A stretch of 64,000 bases of DNA from Lama glama. Taxonomy: Eukaryota. The translations under genes were made by a program, and so were the position numbers. Location: positions 41,046,001 to 41,110,000 of the forward strand of contig CM052816.1 of the NCBI GenBank assembly GCA_028534125.1. The letters run 5' to 3'. Below, piece after piece: positions 1-14,407 of this stretch; position 1 is the stretch's first letter; every line of letters begins with the position of its first letter. The notes under the pieces were generated by a model. The model saw only the letters and a program-made list of their open reading frames with translations. It was not told the DNA's origin and made no database searches.

Positions 1-3000
1 GCAGAAAAACACAAGGAAACATATATTCAACACAGCTGTATTTCAGGGGAGGTGAAGTAGGATTCTGAACCAAGTAACTTAAGAGTTCTCCAGGGAAGAC
101 AGCTTAGCCTGCGTGAGGCTCATTAGAAAAGGGATGCAGAGACTTGGCTGTAGGTGCTGGTCTAGGACCCCAGTTTAACTACAGACTCCCTCAGCAGCTG
201 CTCTCCAACGTCTCAGAACAGGAGAGAACCACAACAATTTCTCAGTTCAACATTCTCATTTTCAAGATGTAGAAACTGAGTCTCAGAGAGCAAGGGACTT
301 GCCAACAGTCCCAGAGCCTGACAGGGGCCTAAATAGGTGGAAACTCAGTCCAGAATTTTTGCCACGATACCACACCACCCCTCCTCATCAGAAAAAGAAA
401 TGAGCCTGCTCAATTGTTAATGGACCACTAACTAATCTCAAGCATCCCCTCCAGCTCTAAAATTGCCTATTTCTACATCAAAACGTAGGAAAAGCTTGAG
501 AAGTCTTAAACATTGACAGAGAAAACCACCAGCTAACTAAACAAACAAGTTCGAAAAGCTGAATGCAAACCAAGAATGGAAGAGAAAGCACCATGTGCTC
601 TTCAATCACAAAGCCCACGGTCCGTCCGTCTTTAACATTTATTCTTAAGCATCTATATTCAAGATGTTTTTCTTTATTTACTATGTCCATTTGCAAAAGC
701 CACTCCATTTCAAACTTCTAGGAACCTGCAATAAAATCACATTAAGCTAAGTAATAAAATGCCATCATTGGAGTGACAAGAAGCTTCACTACTTGAAGTT
801 TCAATGTGTGCTCCCCTGGCCAACAGGGATGTTGTGAGGATTAATGAGATATTTAGAAAGCATTTTATGCAAACAGAGAAAAGAGCCTCACAAAAGCAAA
901 GGAGAAATAACAGTAGTTTATCTCCACCATCAACGGAGGAAAGCCTGTCTAAGCAGATGGACCTGGGCTGATGTCTTGAAATTGAGACAAACACTACCTG
1001 CGTTAGAGGAGGTTTAGGAGAAAGGTCTTCTTGAGGGAAACAAACAAACAAACAAAAAAAACCTCTGAAACTAGAGAGGTTTTATTCCTCAAACCTTTAT
1101 CTAGGGTGAGCAACCATCTTGATTTTCCCATGATCACAGTGTTTCTTGGGATGTGGGATTTGCAGTGCACAAACCCCAACAGTTGTAGGGAAACCAGGAT
1201 AGTTGGTCACTCTATCTGTAGTTTTCATTTTTCTTACAACAATGACAACCTCACTTTCTAATACTCTAACTCAAATTTTGAATTACTTAATCAACTAGGA
1301 TGATGACATGTTTGGGGAAGATGTTCAAACAAAGAATTTAATGCATCAAAATGAGCTTAAATTCCTGTTGGCCAACGCCATCATAGTTTTGGAGACATTC
1401 AGGCAAAACAAGGGAAATTGCAGTAACATTTCAATCTAAACTTCATCATCTTGTTTTACTGCTGGAACTTCAACCCCCCAGCCACTTCTGGTCTGTCTCA
1501 TACTAACAAACTCACACTAATCTTAGCACAATTTCCCACAGCAGTGCTGTGTGCTTCATGGCTGAACCTCTGCTCCTCTAGTTTTGACGAAGGAGGAGAA
1601 TTTCCAAAGGACTATAAGTCTTGATTGCCTGATCACTAAAGGGGCTCCAATCATTCTAAGATGTGGCTGGATAGAGCATTTCTCAGAATGCATCATATTT
1701 GTTGAGCATCATTCTCAACACTTTTCAGAAATGCCAAGATGCTTTTACTTCAATTGTGGAGTCCTCTTTGAATTCTATTTACCTCCCCTTTACTTCTCAT
1801 AATTCCATTTCTTTCTATAAAACTTTAATGTTATTAATAACTTAACCCAAACCTATGGAATATAAGAATAAAATTAAGTATTTTGTTTAAAACCTTACTT
1901 TTTAAAACACTGAATTTTCTAGCCATTACAAAGTTTATAAACCTGGAGAAAGTCCTAGGGAGAATATGAGGGTGGATAAAACAGGGGCTTTGCAGAAGCC
2001 AGTGTTATACAACTTTAAGAAAACTATTGTTGAAGCCTGTGTTAGCAATTTTTTTCTTTCTTTTTTCCGACATACTAGAACGTCAAAGAATGAAACGGTC
2101 CAGGGCATTTTTACCCTCTGGCAGATCTGGGACTGTGAGGGGGTTAAACAATAGAAACAATATGTATATACCATTTACTGTTGTTAACTGTTTTCTTACT
2201 ACAATACTGTAAAGAAAATACACTTTCTTTTGCCTCTTCTATGCATCTTCACATAAAAGTTCAGGTCAGTTGGATAAACTACACATTATCAGAAAACGAG
2301 GGGAAATTAACTTCAAAGCTAAACTCCACGGTGACCCCCTTCTGTACCAAATGATCACACATAGAGGGAAAAATAAGAGGCATTCACCCAGCTACCCGCT
2401 CCTCACCTTGGCATGCTAATTGTCCAAATAGAGTTATAGCTGTGGGCGCTGCTTTCCTGCCTCCAGCCCCTTGTGGATTAATGCCTATTTGCCTGCATTG
2501 CTCTTTTTCATTCTGTAGTACAGCTTGAAAAACAAGCACCAGTGAAACCATTGAATCAGGTCACTTTTGGAAGAATTTTCCCATGCACATTCTGCACTCT
2601 CTTCTAAATTTACATAGGTTTTCTCAGTCCCCTGCACAGAGATAATTATTCACTCTCCCTCATTATATGATCATATGGAAACTGGTTTTAACATCTTCCT
2701 GCAGCTCATAACTGAAGCAACAGATTCCAGTTGTAGCTGGATACGTAAAAACAGGAAGATCTCTCTGAAAACTGATAGGGAAACTCCATATTTCAATCAT
2801 AAAAGTCAAAGAAAACCATGCAGAATATTTATTTTCAAAATGTGAAAAACATTAAAGTGTACTTCCCAAGTGTACAATTGTCTGAAATACAAAAGAACAT
2901 TGCTTCAATTTTAGACATCAGAGGTATCAAAAGCAATTTAAGCTCAGCTATGACTGTCATTGTGTCCATAAAAGCCTGAAACTGACAACAAGTATTTTTG

Positions 3001-3449
3001 AGCACCCATTGTTTTCAGGACACAAAAGGATGAAGAAGACACGAGCTTCAGAAGCTGATGGCCTGCTGGAAACATTGTACAGGAATATGAGCCCCTAGAA
3101 GAATCCTCACCTATAAACTCGAATTGATAGGGACATATGAGAAAGAAATTACAGCGGTTTGAAAAGGAGATGGGTTTCATCCAGAAAGAAAGAAGACAAG
3201 AAAAGTCTTCCTTGAAGGAATCTCATTTGACGTGGACTCAAAGGGTGAGTAGTGTTTTGATATAGAGACGAGGGAAACTTTCTTCATTCTTTTCTTGATC
3301 ATCATCTTAAAATGGAGATGACATTTTACTACCCATCTTGAATGGTAACCATGACGGACTAAAGCACTTGGCCTCTCAAATATCTTTATCTACTTCACAT
3401 GTATTTTGTCAATTAGGTGATGTTGCTGGTTGAGACTCTCTGGGGTCTG

Positions 3450-3650
3450 ATTGTGGCTTGTTCACTCTTTAGCTGTGTAGCCCTGGACATGTTACTTTTG
3501 TATTTGGTCTCAGTTACTGTAACTGCACAGTGAGTGTGATCATAGTGTCTACTTCACAGGGGTGTTAGGAGGATTATGTGAGATAAAACATGTAAAAAGC
3601 TTAGGGAAAACCGGGAACATGGTAAGAAACTTAACACACATTAGCTGCTC
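3450..3650 (+). mobile_element. MIR (further MIRs near 240-360, 15900-16030, 27880-28100, 32900-33060, 47860-47980, 61720-61860)
   Basis: MIR core: ctcagtt...gtaa...tacttcacagggg tgttaggaggatta. Confidence 0.7.
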
Positions 3651-4769
3651 CGAACTCCGGCAGAGGTAGCAGCATGAACAAAAATGACAGCAGGTGGGAA
3701 TAAAAATGGTGTTTAAACAGGTGGGCTACTCTAAACGTAGGGCAGGAAAATCATAAGGGAACTACTGAGGGTCATCAGCCTGGAAACACAGAGTGAGCCA
3801 CATTATGAAAGACCATGCACGCCAGACTGGGGAGGTCATTCTCAATGACTGGAAGTAGCAGAGTGGAAATGCTGCATGAAATGAAGTGGGACAGCCATGT
3901 GATTATTACAGGAGCAGAGTTTAAAAGTCATGAAGGTCCAGTTAGAACAAGAGAAGATCAGTCAAGCTCCAGTGGAAACTCGCATCTCTGTCAACTGTGC
4001 AACTGACTACAGGGAGATGGAGGATTCCAAGAGGAATCTAAGTTTCTTAAGTACCACAGCTTAGAACCAAGACTTTCTCAGCAGTAACAAAGAAAGCAAA
4101 AGAGAGGGGATGCCAGAGGCAGTGGTGAAATGGGAAAGGAGACAGAATGAGTTCCAAAATCACAATTTCCCTCTTATACACCATACCTTAGGCTTATTTC
4201 CCCAGACAAAATAGTCAAGGCAAGAAAATTTGGTGCAACCTAACGGAGCTGTCCACACACGGTGGTCACACAGAATACTGCTAAGCCTAGAGATGATAAA
4301 AAACTTAAAATGTCCCTTTTCAAAAAGTATAGCATACAGTAAACGCAATACGTTTCTTAATAGTTTCATTTCATTTGATTAGAGATAGTTGTGAAAATGA
4401 AACTAACTAATAGGCATTATAAACATGAAACTTAATCATTGTCCTTGTTCTTAGCAATGTCAGAGAATTCTAAGGGAACTGGTATAGAAAGCATGCATAT
4501 TATAGATGTATATGTGGCTTTCAGTCCTTCAAAGAGCCTATGGAAGGAAAATGTTTTTGTTCATTTCCAAAACTGTACTTCAGATGTTTTCCTCCCTTGG
4601 TAGTTGGGGCATGCTATTAAACTAGTGAGAGGAGAGAGGTTCCCGTTTGTACATATGAATTTTCTTCCTCTTTCCCTCTACCCTAGGTTTTTCACAAGAG
4701 GCATAACAATCGAGCTACATAGATAATTCTAATTTAAGAAGCAAATGTATCACCTGAAAGATAGCAGGC

Positions 4770-5150
4770 AAGTGACAGAATTGAATAAACAGCTAGTCAG
4801 GACATAGGTGGGAACCAGAAGTAGGTAGCAGGGAGCAAAACTGGCTCTCTCCAAAGGAAGGGTGGCGGGAACTCGAACTCTGTCGAGGTTCCCCTCTGCT
4901 CTGCATCCCTGCACCACAAGCCCTAGTCCCGAACAAGAACGTGGGCAGAGCACTTGAGGGACACCTGTCTCACCCAAGCTGCTGGCATCAAAAAGAGAGG
5001 TCTGACCCCTTTTTTTGCTATCGGTTTCCCTGACTGAGTTTCCCCTCAGCTAATCCCTATGTTAAAATGTTGATCCTAGAACCTTTCTTCAGTATCTAAG
5101 GGAGCATCCATTTCTTCTCTACTTAAAGAAACAGTGTGGAGTTTTGTGAC
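4770..5150 (+). mobile_element. LTR-like fragment
   Basis: GC/CpG-richer block in AT-rich context with LTR-like composition. Confidence 0.35.
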
Positions 5151-6269
5151 TCTAAAATAACACAGAGGCATGCAAAGGCACTATATACGTGCTAGACCTC
5201 AACCTCAGGAAGTTTAAGTCTTCTTTGCCTATCTTGCCTGACCCTCGGCAGATTGTAATTTGTGTGTGGCTGTGCGTGTGTCTACAGACATAAATGTGTA
5301 ACGGATATAAACAGATGTATGATTTTGTCAACCACTCAGTCAATTCAGTCATTTCAAATAGAAAAGCTTAGCATGACATTAACTAAGTAGCAAAATTCTA
5401 GTTGTCATTTTCGTAACGTAAGATTAATTGAAAGTATGGACTAAAGTAACCAAAATAATTCTTGTGATTACACAGAGTCACTGAAGTATTACTTAGCTAG
5501 AAATTAATTCTATCTGACAGTCAAGGTGATCACTGTAACTTTCACCACTGCCGAAAAGAAAGGAGTGACATTTCATTCTTAGGCAGCTAACTGCAGGCAT
5601 GTTTTGTAAAGTGGGCAGCAGTGAAGAACCTCAACCCATTAGGCTGTAGTGTTACAAGATCTTGGAAGTATTAATAAGAAAGCCATTAACAGAGCAAAAG
5701 AGATTACAGCATTTTCCAATACAGAGATTTCATGGGCTAAAAATGGGAAAACACTGGCACAAGCAAAATTAAGCTGGTTTCTTTAGAGTATAATATTTTA
5801 TAGCCTTTAACATGGTAATATAAATTACAGATATCCGAAAGTAAGATAAAATATCCTGTACCTCCCAAACTGAGGGATCCTGATGCTCTCTTGAACAGAC
5901 TTTACAAAATGTCACTCTATACTTTGAAGCTCGAAGTTTGGCAAATTGCAGTTTCAAAACTCTATGCAATTAGCATGTGAACCTTGTTATAGGAAATTTC
6001 TTATTTCAAAATGAGCCCTGTCAGGATTAAATGAAGATATGAAAAAGAAATGTTGCAGAACCAGATGTCAAAGAGAGTCTCTATGCTATCCCTACAGAAT
6101 GAGGACAGACACTTCTTTTATGAAGTTCTCTAGTCAAAAGAAAGGCCAGAAATGTATCATACAAATATTCATATATACAGTATAGATTGATCTCTATGTG
6201 TCTGTTTATATAAATATTTTTCTATTTAGTAAACAAACAGCAGATGGTTCTATAGTATATGTTCAGATG

Positions 6270-6975
6270 TCTTTTTTTATTGAAGTATAGTTAGTTTACA
6301 ATGTTGTGTCAATTTCTTATGTACAGCACAATGTTTCAGTCATATATACATATATATATATGTTCCTTTTCATATTATTTTTAAATGTAGGTTACTACAA
6401 GATATTGAATATATAGTTTCCTGTGCTATACAGAAGAAATTTATTGTTTATCTATTTTATATGTAAGTAGTTAGTATCTGCAAATCTCAAACTCCCAATT
6501 TATCCCTCCCCACTCCTTTTCCCCCATGGTAACCATAAGTTTTCTTTCTATGCCTGTAAGTCGACTTCTGTTTTATAAATAAGTTCATTCATGTCTTTTT
6601 TTTTTTTTTTAAGATTCCACATATGGGTGATATCATATGGTATTTTTCTTTCTCTTTCTGGCTTACTTCACTTAGAAGGACAATCTCCAGGTCCATCCAT
6701 GTTGCTGCAAATGACATTATTTTATCGTTTTTTATGGCTGAGTAGTATTTCACTGTATAAATATACAGTAACTTCGTTATCCAGTCATCTGTTGATGGAC
6801 ATTTAGGTTGTTTCCATGTCTTGGCTATTGTAAACAGTGCTGCTATGAACACCGGGGTGCATGTATCTTTTTGAATTAGAGTTCCCTCTGGACATACGCA
6901 CAGGAGTGGGATTGCTGGATCATATGCTAAGTCTATTTTTAGTTTCTGAGTAATCTCCATACTGTTTTCCATGGT
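6270..6975 (-). mobile_element. 5'-truncated young L1 (ORF2 C-terminus, 3' UTR, poly(A))
   Basis: ORF 6589-7041 contains [30 protein letters not shown]. Confidence 0.95.
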
Positions 6976-9900
6976 CATTTTTTTGAGGGGGTTCAACCAC
7001 TCACTGCCTTTGTCTGATTTGACCACAACTAGATTTATCAACTGAAGTTAAAATGGCCATGAAGCTCTGTGTCTGAGAGAGGGGACAAACTGGATAAGGG
7101 CACCAATTATGGAAGCATGTGTAGACCAACCCTTTTCTGTTTTGATAAACCACATTTTATGGTAACATTCAAATGAAAAAAAAAAAAGATCATCTGAGTG
7201 AATTTGGGGTAATCATAATGAAAAAACAAAAGGCTTTGGACAAAATCTTTTCACATTTTAACAATAGGGAAAATATTTTAAATGGAATATGTGCATATTA
7301 TTGCTAATTCAACCAAAAAATAATAATTATGAAAATATCATTTTTCTCTGCCATTTTAACACAAAACAGAAATGTGATATATACGTATTTGAGCATATTT
7401 TATTTTTTTCTGACAGAGTAATTCCTGAAAAGCAGAAATGTGTCTGTCTCAATTACTGTGCAGCACACAGAATACATTTGGGCCAAGAAAACTCAATTAA
7501 TAGATATTTAAAGATTATAAAAATTGCTTCACTATTACAAAATAAAGCCACCTTATTTCCTACTTATTTTCTATATAGTTCTTTGGCCATGATAAGGAAA
7601 GGAAAATCAGTACAGCAATGAAGTTGGGAAAACAAATCTCAAAGAGCAGCAATGTTAAAGGATTTGCAAGAGAAGGTTAAGTTTAAAATAGCATAAAGAA
7701 TCTGGCCGTGACAGAAATAAGTAAATGGGGAAAATGTAGCACAGAGATTCTTTTATCAATATTTATTTTTAAAGTTCAACCAATGACTGAACCCAAAGAG
7801 CTTTTATCTGTGGGAAAGCACAGTTTCAAATACAGTCATTTATATAAGCACAGAGGATGAAGGATATGAAAGGGAAATTAAATTTTCAATGAAGCAATTG
7901 CCAATCACTTTGCCATTCAAAAAAAGAATGAACTGGCAGATGCACAAAATATTTTTATTTCACTTTTTGACCTTCAGGAGTCTTACTATTTGTTGATAAA
8001 ACACTACATAGGAAACTGAACACTGGTGATAATTGCTATAAATCTAATTTTATCAATATGCAATACGGAGGAGTCTTGTTGGTTTTGCTGACCATATCAT
8101 TAACATTTTTGTTTGTCTTTTGAACAATTAAACATACATTTTTAAACAGATAATGAAAAATATTGCAAATACTTGTATTAATCTAAGGCAGAAAATTGAT
8201 ATACTGCAAAAGAAAGTAACATTGAAGTTCTAATTTCATCAGAATGCCTTGTTTTGTTGCCTACCAGTCTTAGAAACATAAGCATTATTTCAAGTTGAAG
8301 GAAATTACCACTGTTCCTTACAGACCATCTCTAATCATTAAGTTAGAACATTTTGCTGGCAGAGCATTTTCTAGTTATTTAACAAATACATCTAGATGTC
8401 ATTTTCTAAGTTAGTGGCTTGGTATTTGCAACTCATGTGATATTTACAACAACCCAATAAAAAAGATACTTTCATTATTCCTAATTTTAAATGAAGAAAT
8501 AGCAGATGACAATCCCAAAACTGATCTAGGTAATCAAACCCCACCCTATTTTTAATAATTATGCCTTTGTTGCTTTGAAACACTCACAGTAATTTCACAA
8601 TTCATTCACAATTTTAGGGTTTTAAACTAAATTTAATGTTACTTTCTAAGGATAACTCACTTGTACAAAATGTACATCAGTCTGAAATGAAGAAAATTAT
8701 TTATTAAATCTTAAAATAGTTTGACAGTAAACATTATGTCTGATCATATATGCAATCTGAAATACCATGATGAAATATGGTCTGTGAATTTGAAATTTGA
8801 ACTCACATCAAGAGATTCCTAACTTGAGGGCAGCAGGGAGACTGACCCATATAAATACTGAGTAACCTTAATCAAGTTGTGTATTATCTTATGACTCATT
8901 TCCTTATCTATAAATGAAGATTTTAACAACGCAAGCTATACAGGTAAGATTATGTTGAGACAATAAATATATGCTTGAAATTTTTTTCAAATTAATCTAT
9001 GGATCAGCTGCTATCAATTCCAAACAGATTATTCAATTTGGGGTCACTCAAGTCAAAGATGATTGATCTTCTGAGTATAAAAACAGGTGTTTTTTGTTTT
9101 TTTATCTTATCAGCTTTTATTTTCCCTCAGACAGTGATTGGCATCTGAATGGAATACTTTTGAAAAGATCATCCTTGTAAGTTACAGACCTCTTCCCTTC
9201 ATCACTCCCATGATGCTCTTGTCCTACATCCTCCCCTAGGCAGTAACGGCAGAAATGCAAGCCAGCCAAAGACTTAGAGCAAATCCACAGAGGAATAAGA
9301 TCAAGCCAAGATATCAGAAGAGGGACTGGCTGTTCAGATCATAACTAAAGAGGATGGAGAAGACCAGCTCTAAGCCAGAAAACAAAACCTTGGAGGAAAC
9401 CAAATCAGTAAGGCACAAATATAACAGTAGAACAGATATAAAGCCAGAAAGCCTGAAAGCATTTTGTAGAAATGTGAAGTACATGAAAACCAAGATAAAT
9501 CTAAGAATTTCTCTCCATAATGTTCCTTTTGAATCCCTATTCTAAAGGAATTCTCTGCTGCATTCATTGAGGCATAATAAACGAGCTGATGACAAACCCA
9601 CCCTGGATCCTCCCACCAGCCAAAGTAGGACTAGAATTCTTTTAGGTTTTCCCTGCGTGAATGTGCCTTTTTCTGGGGAATGCTTGGGAACACGGGAGCA
9701 GGGTAGTACTTAGTGGGCATGTATGTTCTCAGGCTCTGTGGCTCTTATCTTTGATATTGCAAAATGCTTAAACTGACTTGGCAAATTAGAACAGACTTGA
9801 ACATGTGACTTGGTTCTTTCAACCATAGTCCATAGGTTATAGGTTGTGGGCAAAGATTAAAGTCCTGCAACTTCTACTAGTAACACATGGGTTTAAGGGA

Positions 9901-10135
9901 GAGTGAAAAAGAGATAGAGAGGAGCCAGGCAGAAAGCAGAGAAGTATCGTATGCTAAGCTGTGATACAACCTTTATATGGAAATCCAGACATCAGAAGAT
10001 GTAAGCATTTTAGTGGAGACAACAGAGAACATCAAATTTATATTTTTGTGGCAGCATACTATAAATTGACCCATCAGATATCAGAAATATAAGATTTATG
10101 TCTTAAAGAAATTATTTCTGGCCATATTAGCACAA

Positions 10136-10232
10136 AAAGAAGGAAAAGAAGGAGGAGGAGGAGGAGGAAAAGGAGGAGGAGAAGGAAGAGGAAAAGGAGA
10201 AGGAGGAGAAGGAGGAGGAGGAGGAAGAGAAG
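10136..10232 (+). repeat. Pure purine (GGA/GAA)n tract
   Basis: Direct reading. Confidence 0.95.
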
Positions 10233-10399
10233 TTCTTATTTACTTGAAACCTGCTCCTAGTCCCCTGCCATCTGGCTTTACTAGCTCTACCTGTGCTTGA
10301 GTCAGTTTTCTTCACTGCAGCTCTCACTGTTACAGCCAGCCATTCTACTGTCCAAGCTGGGCACACCCAAATCTCTAGTCTAAATTTCATTTTATTCAC

Positions 10400-11110
10400 T
10401 GATTCATTCATTTGAAAAAAAGAAAAAAAACTTAAGTGCTGACTTTGATGGATACTGTGATTGGCACTGGAGATTTATCTATCTTCTCTCCACTTGAATT
10501 TCCATTGTTGTAATTCATTACCTCATCATTTTTCAACTAAACCTTAGCTGTAGCAGCTGTGCTCTGTCAGATTCTGATTACGCCCTTTTCAATCTTGTCT
10601 CTTTAATATTCCTAGAATGATCTTTATAATACACAAATCTGATTGTGTCAAGTCCCTGACAATGGAAACTCTTTGGTGCAACACAGAAAACCCTTTACAG
10701 TATGCCTTCTGCTCGCGTGTGCCACGTTAGCTCTTACTATTCCTCAGTTACAACCGACCTTCATTTCCTGAACTAACTGCACCCCGAGAACATGATTTTT
10801 CCTTTCCCCACTGAAGTTCAGCTCACCCTGCCTTCTCTTTTTTCTACATCCCCATCCATGCCTCTTTATTCTTTAGGACTCATTTCAAGTGACACCTCTG
10901 AGAAGCCTTCTAACAGATCACCCCAGGAAGGCTGGTTTAAAACTCCTTCAATGAGTTTTCATCAACATCCATGCACATCTTTGTCCTGAAGTTTGTCACA
11001 CAGTGTAATTACTACATGTTTACTCTGTCTCCTCTCACACATTAAGCTGGAAACTTGGTGGCAAGGAATGTATCTTATTTATGCTTAGTATATATATAAA
11101 TCTCTCAAAA
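10400..11110. mobile_element. L2 fragments (others near 14550-15050, 37480-38050, 43110-43640, 44230-44850, 47400-47750)
   Basis: cattcattca tails, aaatctgattgtgtca, atttactgagtgcctactatatgccag motifs. Confidence 0.65.
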
Positions 11111-11189
11111 GCGTTGATGAAAGAAAACAAGGAAGAATATCTCATTTGGATAAAAATCAAACATCTGAAAAAATAGAGAAAATAACAAA

Positions 11190-11375
11190 GAAGATCTTAC
11201 ACGTTCTCACCACACAACAAAAGATAATTACGTAACGTGATAGAGGTGTTAGCTATCACTACACTGGTACTCACACTGCAATATATAAATGTAGGAAATC
11301 AACACTCGGTACACCTCAAGCTTACACGATGTTCTATGTCAATTATATCTCAATTTTTTAAAATTAAGAAAAAGA
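11190..11375 (+). mobile_element. L1 3' terminal fragment (L1MA-like)
   Basis: gttctcaccacaca...gtacacctcaagcttacac...gtcaattatatctcaat. Confidence 0.8.
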
Positions 11376-11819
11376 AAGCTGCTTCTCTGGATATAACATG
11401 ACTGTAAATCAAGTTTCAGTGGGGAAAGAACTCATTACAGGAAACTTGAGTAAAAGACAACTTATTTTCTTATAGTAAATGTCAGCAAAGTGGCTAATAA
11501 GGGCAAAGTGAGCATTTGGAAGAACAGAAAAACAAAGCTAGGAAAGTCTCCAAAACAAGGTCCTTAACTGGGAACCATGAGTAATTGCACTTAATAGAAC
11601 AAGAGAAATGTGTCTAAAGAAATAGATGAGGCTGCACAGTCAACTCTATGGAAAAGTCACATATAAAAGAGAGGTTCAAAAGATGAGAGAAGAAAGAATA
11701 TTCTGATGTCTATAATTTACTGTAAAATTCTTCAGCATGAACAATGGATATGAGTTGTGTATGTGTACGTGTGTCTGTGTCTGTCTGGAAGTTCTTTCAG
11801 CTGGCTGCTGCATGGCTTT

Positions 11820-12420
11820 AACATACCCCATTTTCTGGGTTTTATACAATTAGTTATTATGTCACTAAGGACTCATGAGTATTTAGTATATAATTTTGAA
11901 TTATAAGCCATTTTTATGTTATTCATTTTGTTTCCCAAACTGTTCCAGCTTTGACCATTGGAAGTTCTTTGAGTTGGCTCCTGCATCTCTGTGACATACC
12001 CCACTGTTTTGTTTTGGGACACTTTCTAGCTCTAAAAGCTGCTCCAGGCTGATTCATATATTTTCTTCCTCAGTCCTAAAACCAGTCATTTCTCTAAGAA
12101 GCATTGGTTCTTTTATTAGAGAATGTCACAAGAAACTAAGACGTGATCACTGAGTGCTCCCTGCTCCAGGAATATCATTGGTTCCAGGTCCCCCTTAGCA
12201 CACAGGGCTAAGAAACCTATGTACATCCTAACCTGTGTAAACAGACATGTCTAGAGTTATTTATGTGTCAGTATCAGTATGAAGTTAAACACTAGTTCAT
12301 ATTGATGTCTTCAAGGCTAATCCAGTACCACACGGGTCATTCTATCCTTTTGCCTCATTAACCAGAACCTCCCACTCCAATGGTAAGAAACATAGTTCCC
12401 ACCATTCATTTACTTTATCC
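11820..12420 (-). mobile_element. Old L1 3' UTR fragment (L1MC/MD-like)
   Basis: gttccagctttgaccattggaagttctttgagttggctcctg and following motifs. Confidence 0.6.
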
Positions 12421-13460
12421 TTGATTTTGAACTGTACCTGTGTCTTTATGCTGATCCAGAAGATTATTTGTTATCTGAGTTTGTACAGTCAAATCTTGCT
12501 GCTAAAACAATGTTCCATTAATCTGGAGTCTACAAGCCAGATGTTATATGAGCACTGAAAGCAAAGAGCACCAGAGGTCACCCAGCTCACAAAAGTCACA
12601 TAACTGTGTCTACGTGCTAGTGAACAGCAGAATGTGTGTCAGTTTCATCTGGGTTGTAAGCATGACAACAATAGCCTCCTCTACCTCCAATTATTGGAAT
12701 TCAGTTATTTTTCCCACAAAGAGAATCTGATAGCTGTGCTTGTTGAAATTGTTCCTGTCAGTTTTCAATAAGATGCATAATTGAGAAGAAATTTTAAAGG
12801 TGGCCTGATTTTTTTAAGTACATCACTAGTATCAAGGATGATTTTTAGTAAACTTAGACTGGTGGTTAATAATAGGGGCAACATAAAGGGACATTTAACA
12901 CAGGAAAGGGAGGGTAACACAGACCTACTATTTCCTGAGAAGGATGCTGCCTGCCAGACTGGACTTGTTCACATATTCCTTCCTCCCAGAGCACAGCCAC
13001 TACATCACTACCACCACAGTAATAAACAACACTGAGGTATCACCTGTCTTTCCATTTTGCTTCAATTTTTTCTATCAAAGAGAATAATCTTTATACGTGA
13101 CAGCCTACATGGCAAACCAACAGCAAACTGAAGACCAAGACAGTGAAGAGAACAGGAAGAGAAAATCTAAGCTTTACCCGTGAGATCAAACTTCTTTGTC
13201 TAAATTAACTCCCTTTAGCGCACTGAGCCCAACTTCAGAGGAGATCCCTGAGCTACCAATGGTGATCCTGGTCAAACAGTGAAGATACGTTTTCCAACTT
13301 TTCAATAAAGACTAAACATGTTACGTTTTGTGTGTATTCAAAATGAAAGACAGTTATGTGTGGAAGTTATAACATGAAGTATTTTCTATCAAGGTAAACT
13401 CTCTAATATTGAATGCCCCCAAATCTAAGGAGATGCCTGAGCAGGTAGTGAAATACTTAT

Positions 13461-13600
13461 TTTTTTTAAAAAATGTTTTTAATTGCGGGAGGTAATTAGG
13501 TTTGTTTGTTTGTTTGTTTATTTAATGGAAGTACTGGGAATTGAATCCAGACATGCATGCTAGGCACACACTCTACCACTGAGCGGTATCTTTCCTGCCT
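13461..13600 (-). mobile_element. tRNA-derived SINE, camelid Vic-1-like
   Basis: GCTCAGTGGTAGAG A box, degenerate B box, AAAC tail and CCTAATTACCTCCC; TSD aaatacttat. Confidence 0.85.
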
Positions 13601-14243
13601 TAAAATACTTATCTTTATCTGAGATACTCTACACTCCTTCTGTATCGAGTCTCATGGATGTGGATATTATAGAACTACGTTTAATTCTAGTGCCAATTAT
13701 GTTCTCTTTTGTACTTTTCATTTTAACTCTTCCATCTATAGCATTGTAACTAATGAATTTGAAAAGTCCTTTATAAATAGTTAGAAAATAAGATAGGGCT
13801 CAGAGTAAGTGTTAATTCATCTTGTTTGAGGTTAAAAAGCCTTTTAAAAAAAATCTTTCCTAGTGATATTTTAATTTAGAGCTCAAGGCATATGTCAGAG
13901 TTGATAAATTATAACAAATAAAGGTATGATAAAATTAAAATATGCAAAATTGGAGACATGATCATCTTTACTCAGCTAAAAGTGTCACCAATTTTAATAA
14001 TTAAAATTAAATACAAATACTTTAACTCAAGGAAAATTTTAAGTAGATAATTTGAATAAATTTTGTATGACAAATATTAGCCTGATATTCAGAAAGTGAA
14101 AAGTTGAATTCAAAGAACTGTACAATTTCTAATTTAAGATTTTTTAAAGAGAATACTTAAATACACCTATAAATTAGAAATGAATTGTTAAGGCCCTGTA
14201 AGGGACATGAATTTATTTATTTACTTACTCTTTTTTTTTTTTT

Positions 14244-14407
14244 AAGGGGAAAGCATGGACACAGTCCCCCACTACCACGAATTGTGCAGTCGAATTTCCC
14301 ACATTTGGGAAGACTGCAGGAGTCAGCACATGTGGAGTGCAATGGATAAGCCTTGCCCTGGGAAAATCACCTTTGTGATCATGGTATCGCCCCTGCCAGG
14401 TAAGTCT
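14244..14407 (-). pseudogene. RNU1: Processed U1 snRNA pseudogene, full length
   Basis: Reverse complement AGACTTACCTGGCAGGGGCGATACCATGATCAC...TAGTGGGGGACTG...CTTTCCCCT matches U1; A-rich tail 14216-14243; TSD gggacatgaattta (14202-14215) / gggacttgaattta (14408-14421). Confidence 0.97.

Noticed and set aside
478..725. Minus-strand acceptor (ttttattgcag|) and 76-aa ORF
   Set aside because: All frames from the acceptor stop within 15 codons and no protein is recognisable; a terminal or UTR exon cannot be excluded.
6589..7041. Longest ORF (150 aa)
   Set aside because: It is the L1 ORF2 C-terminus read in from flanking DNA, not a host gene.
10127..10411. Ser/Phe-rich 94-aa ORF
   Set aside because: Artefact of the GGA/GAA microsatellite.
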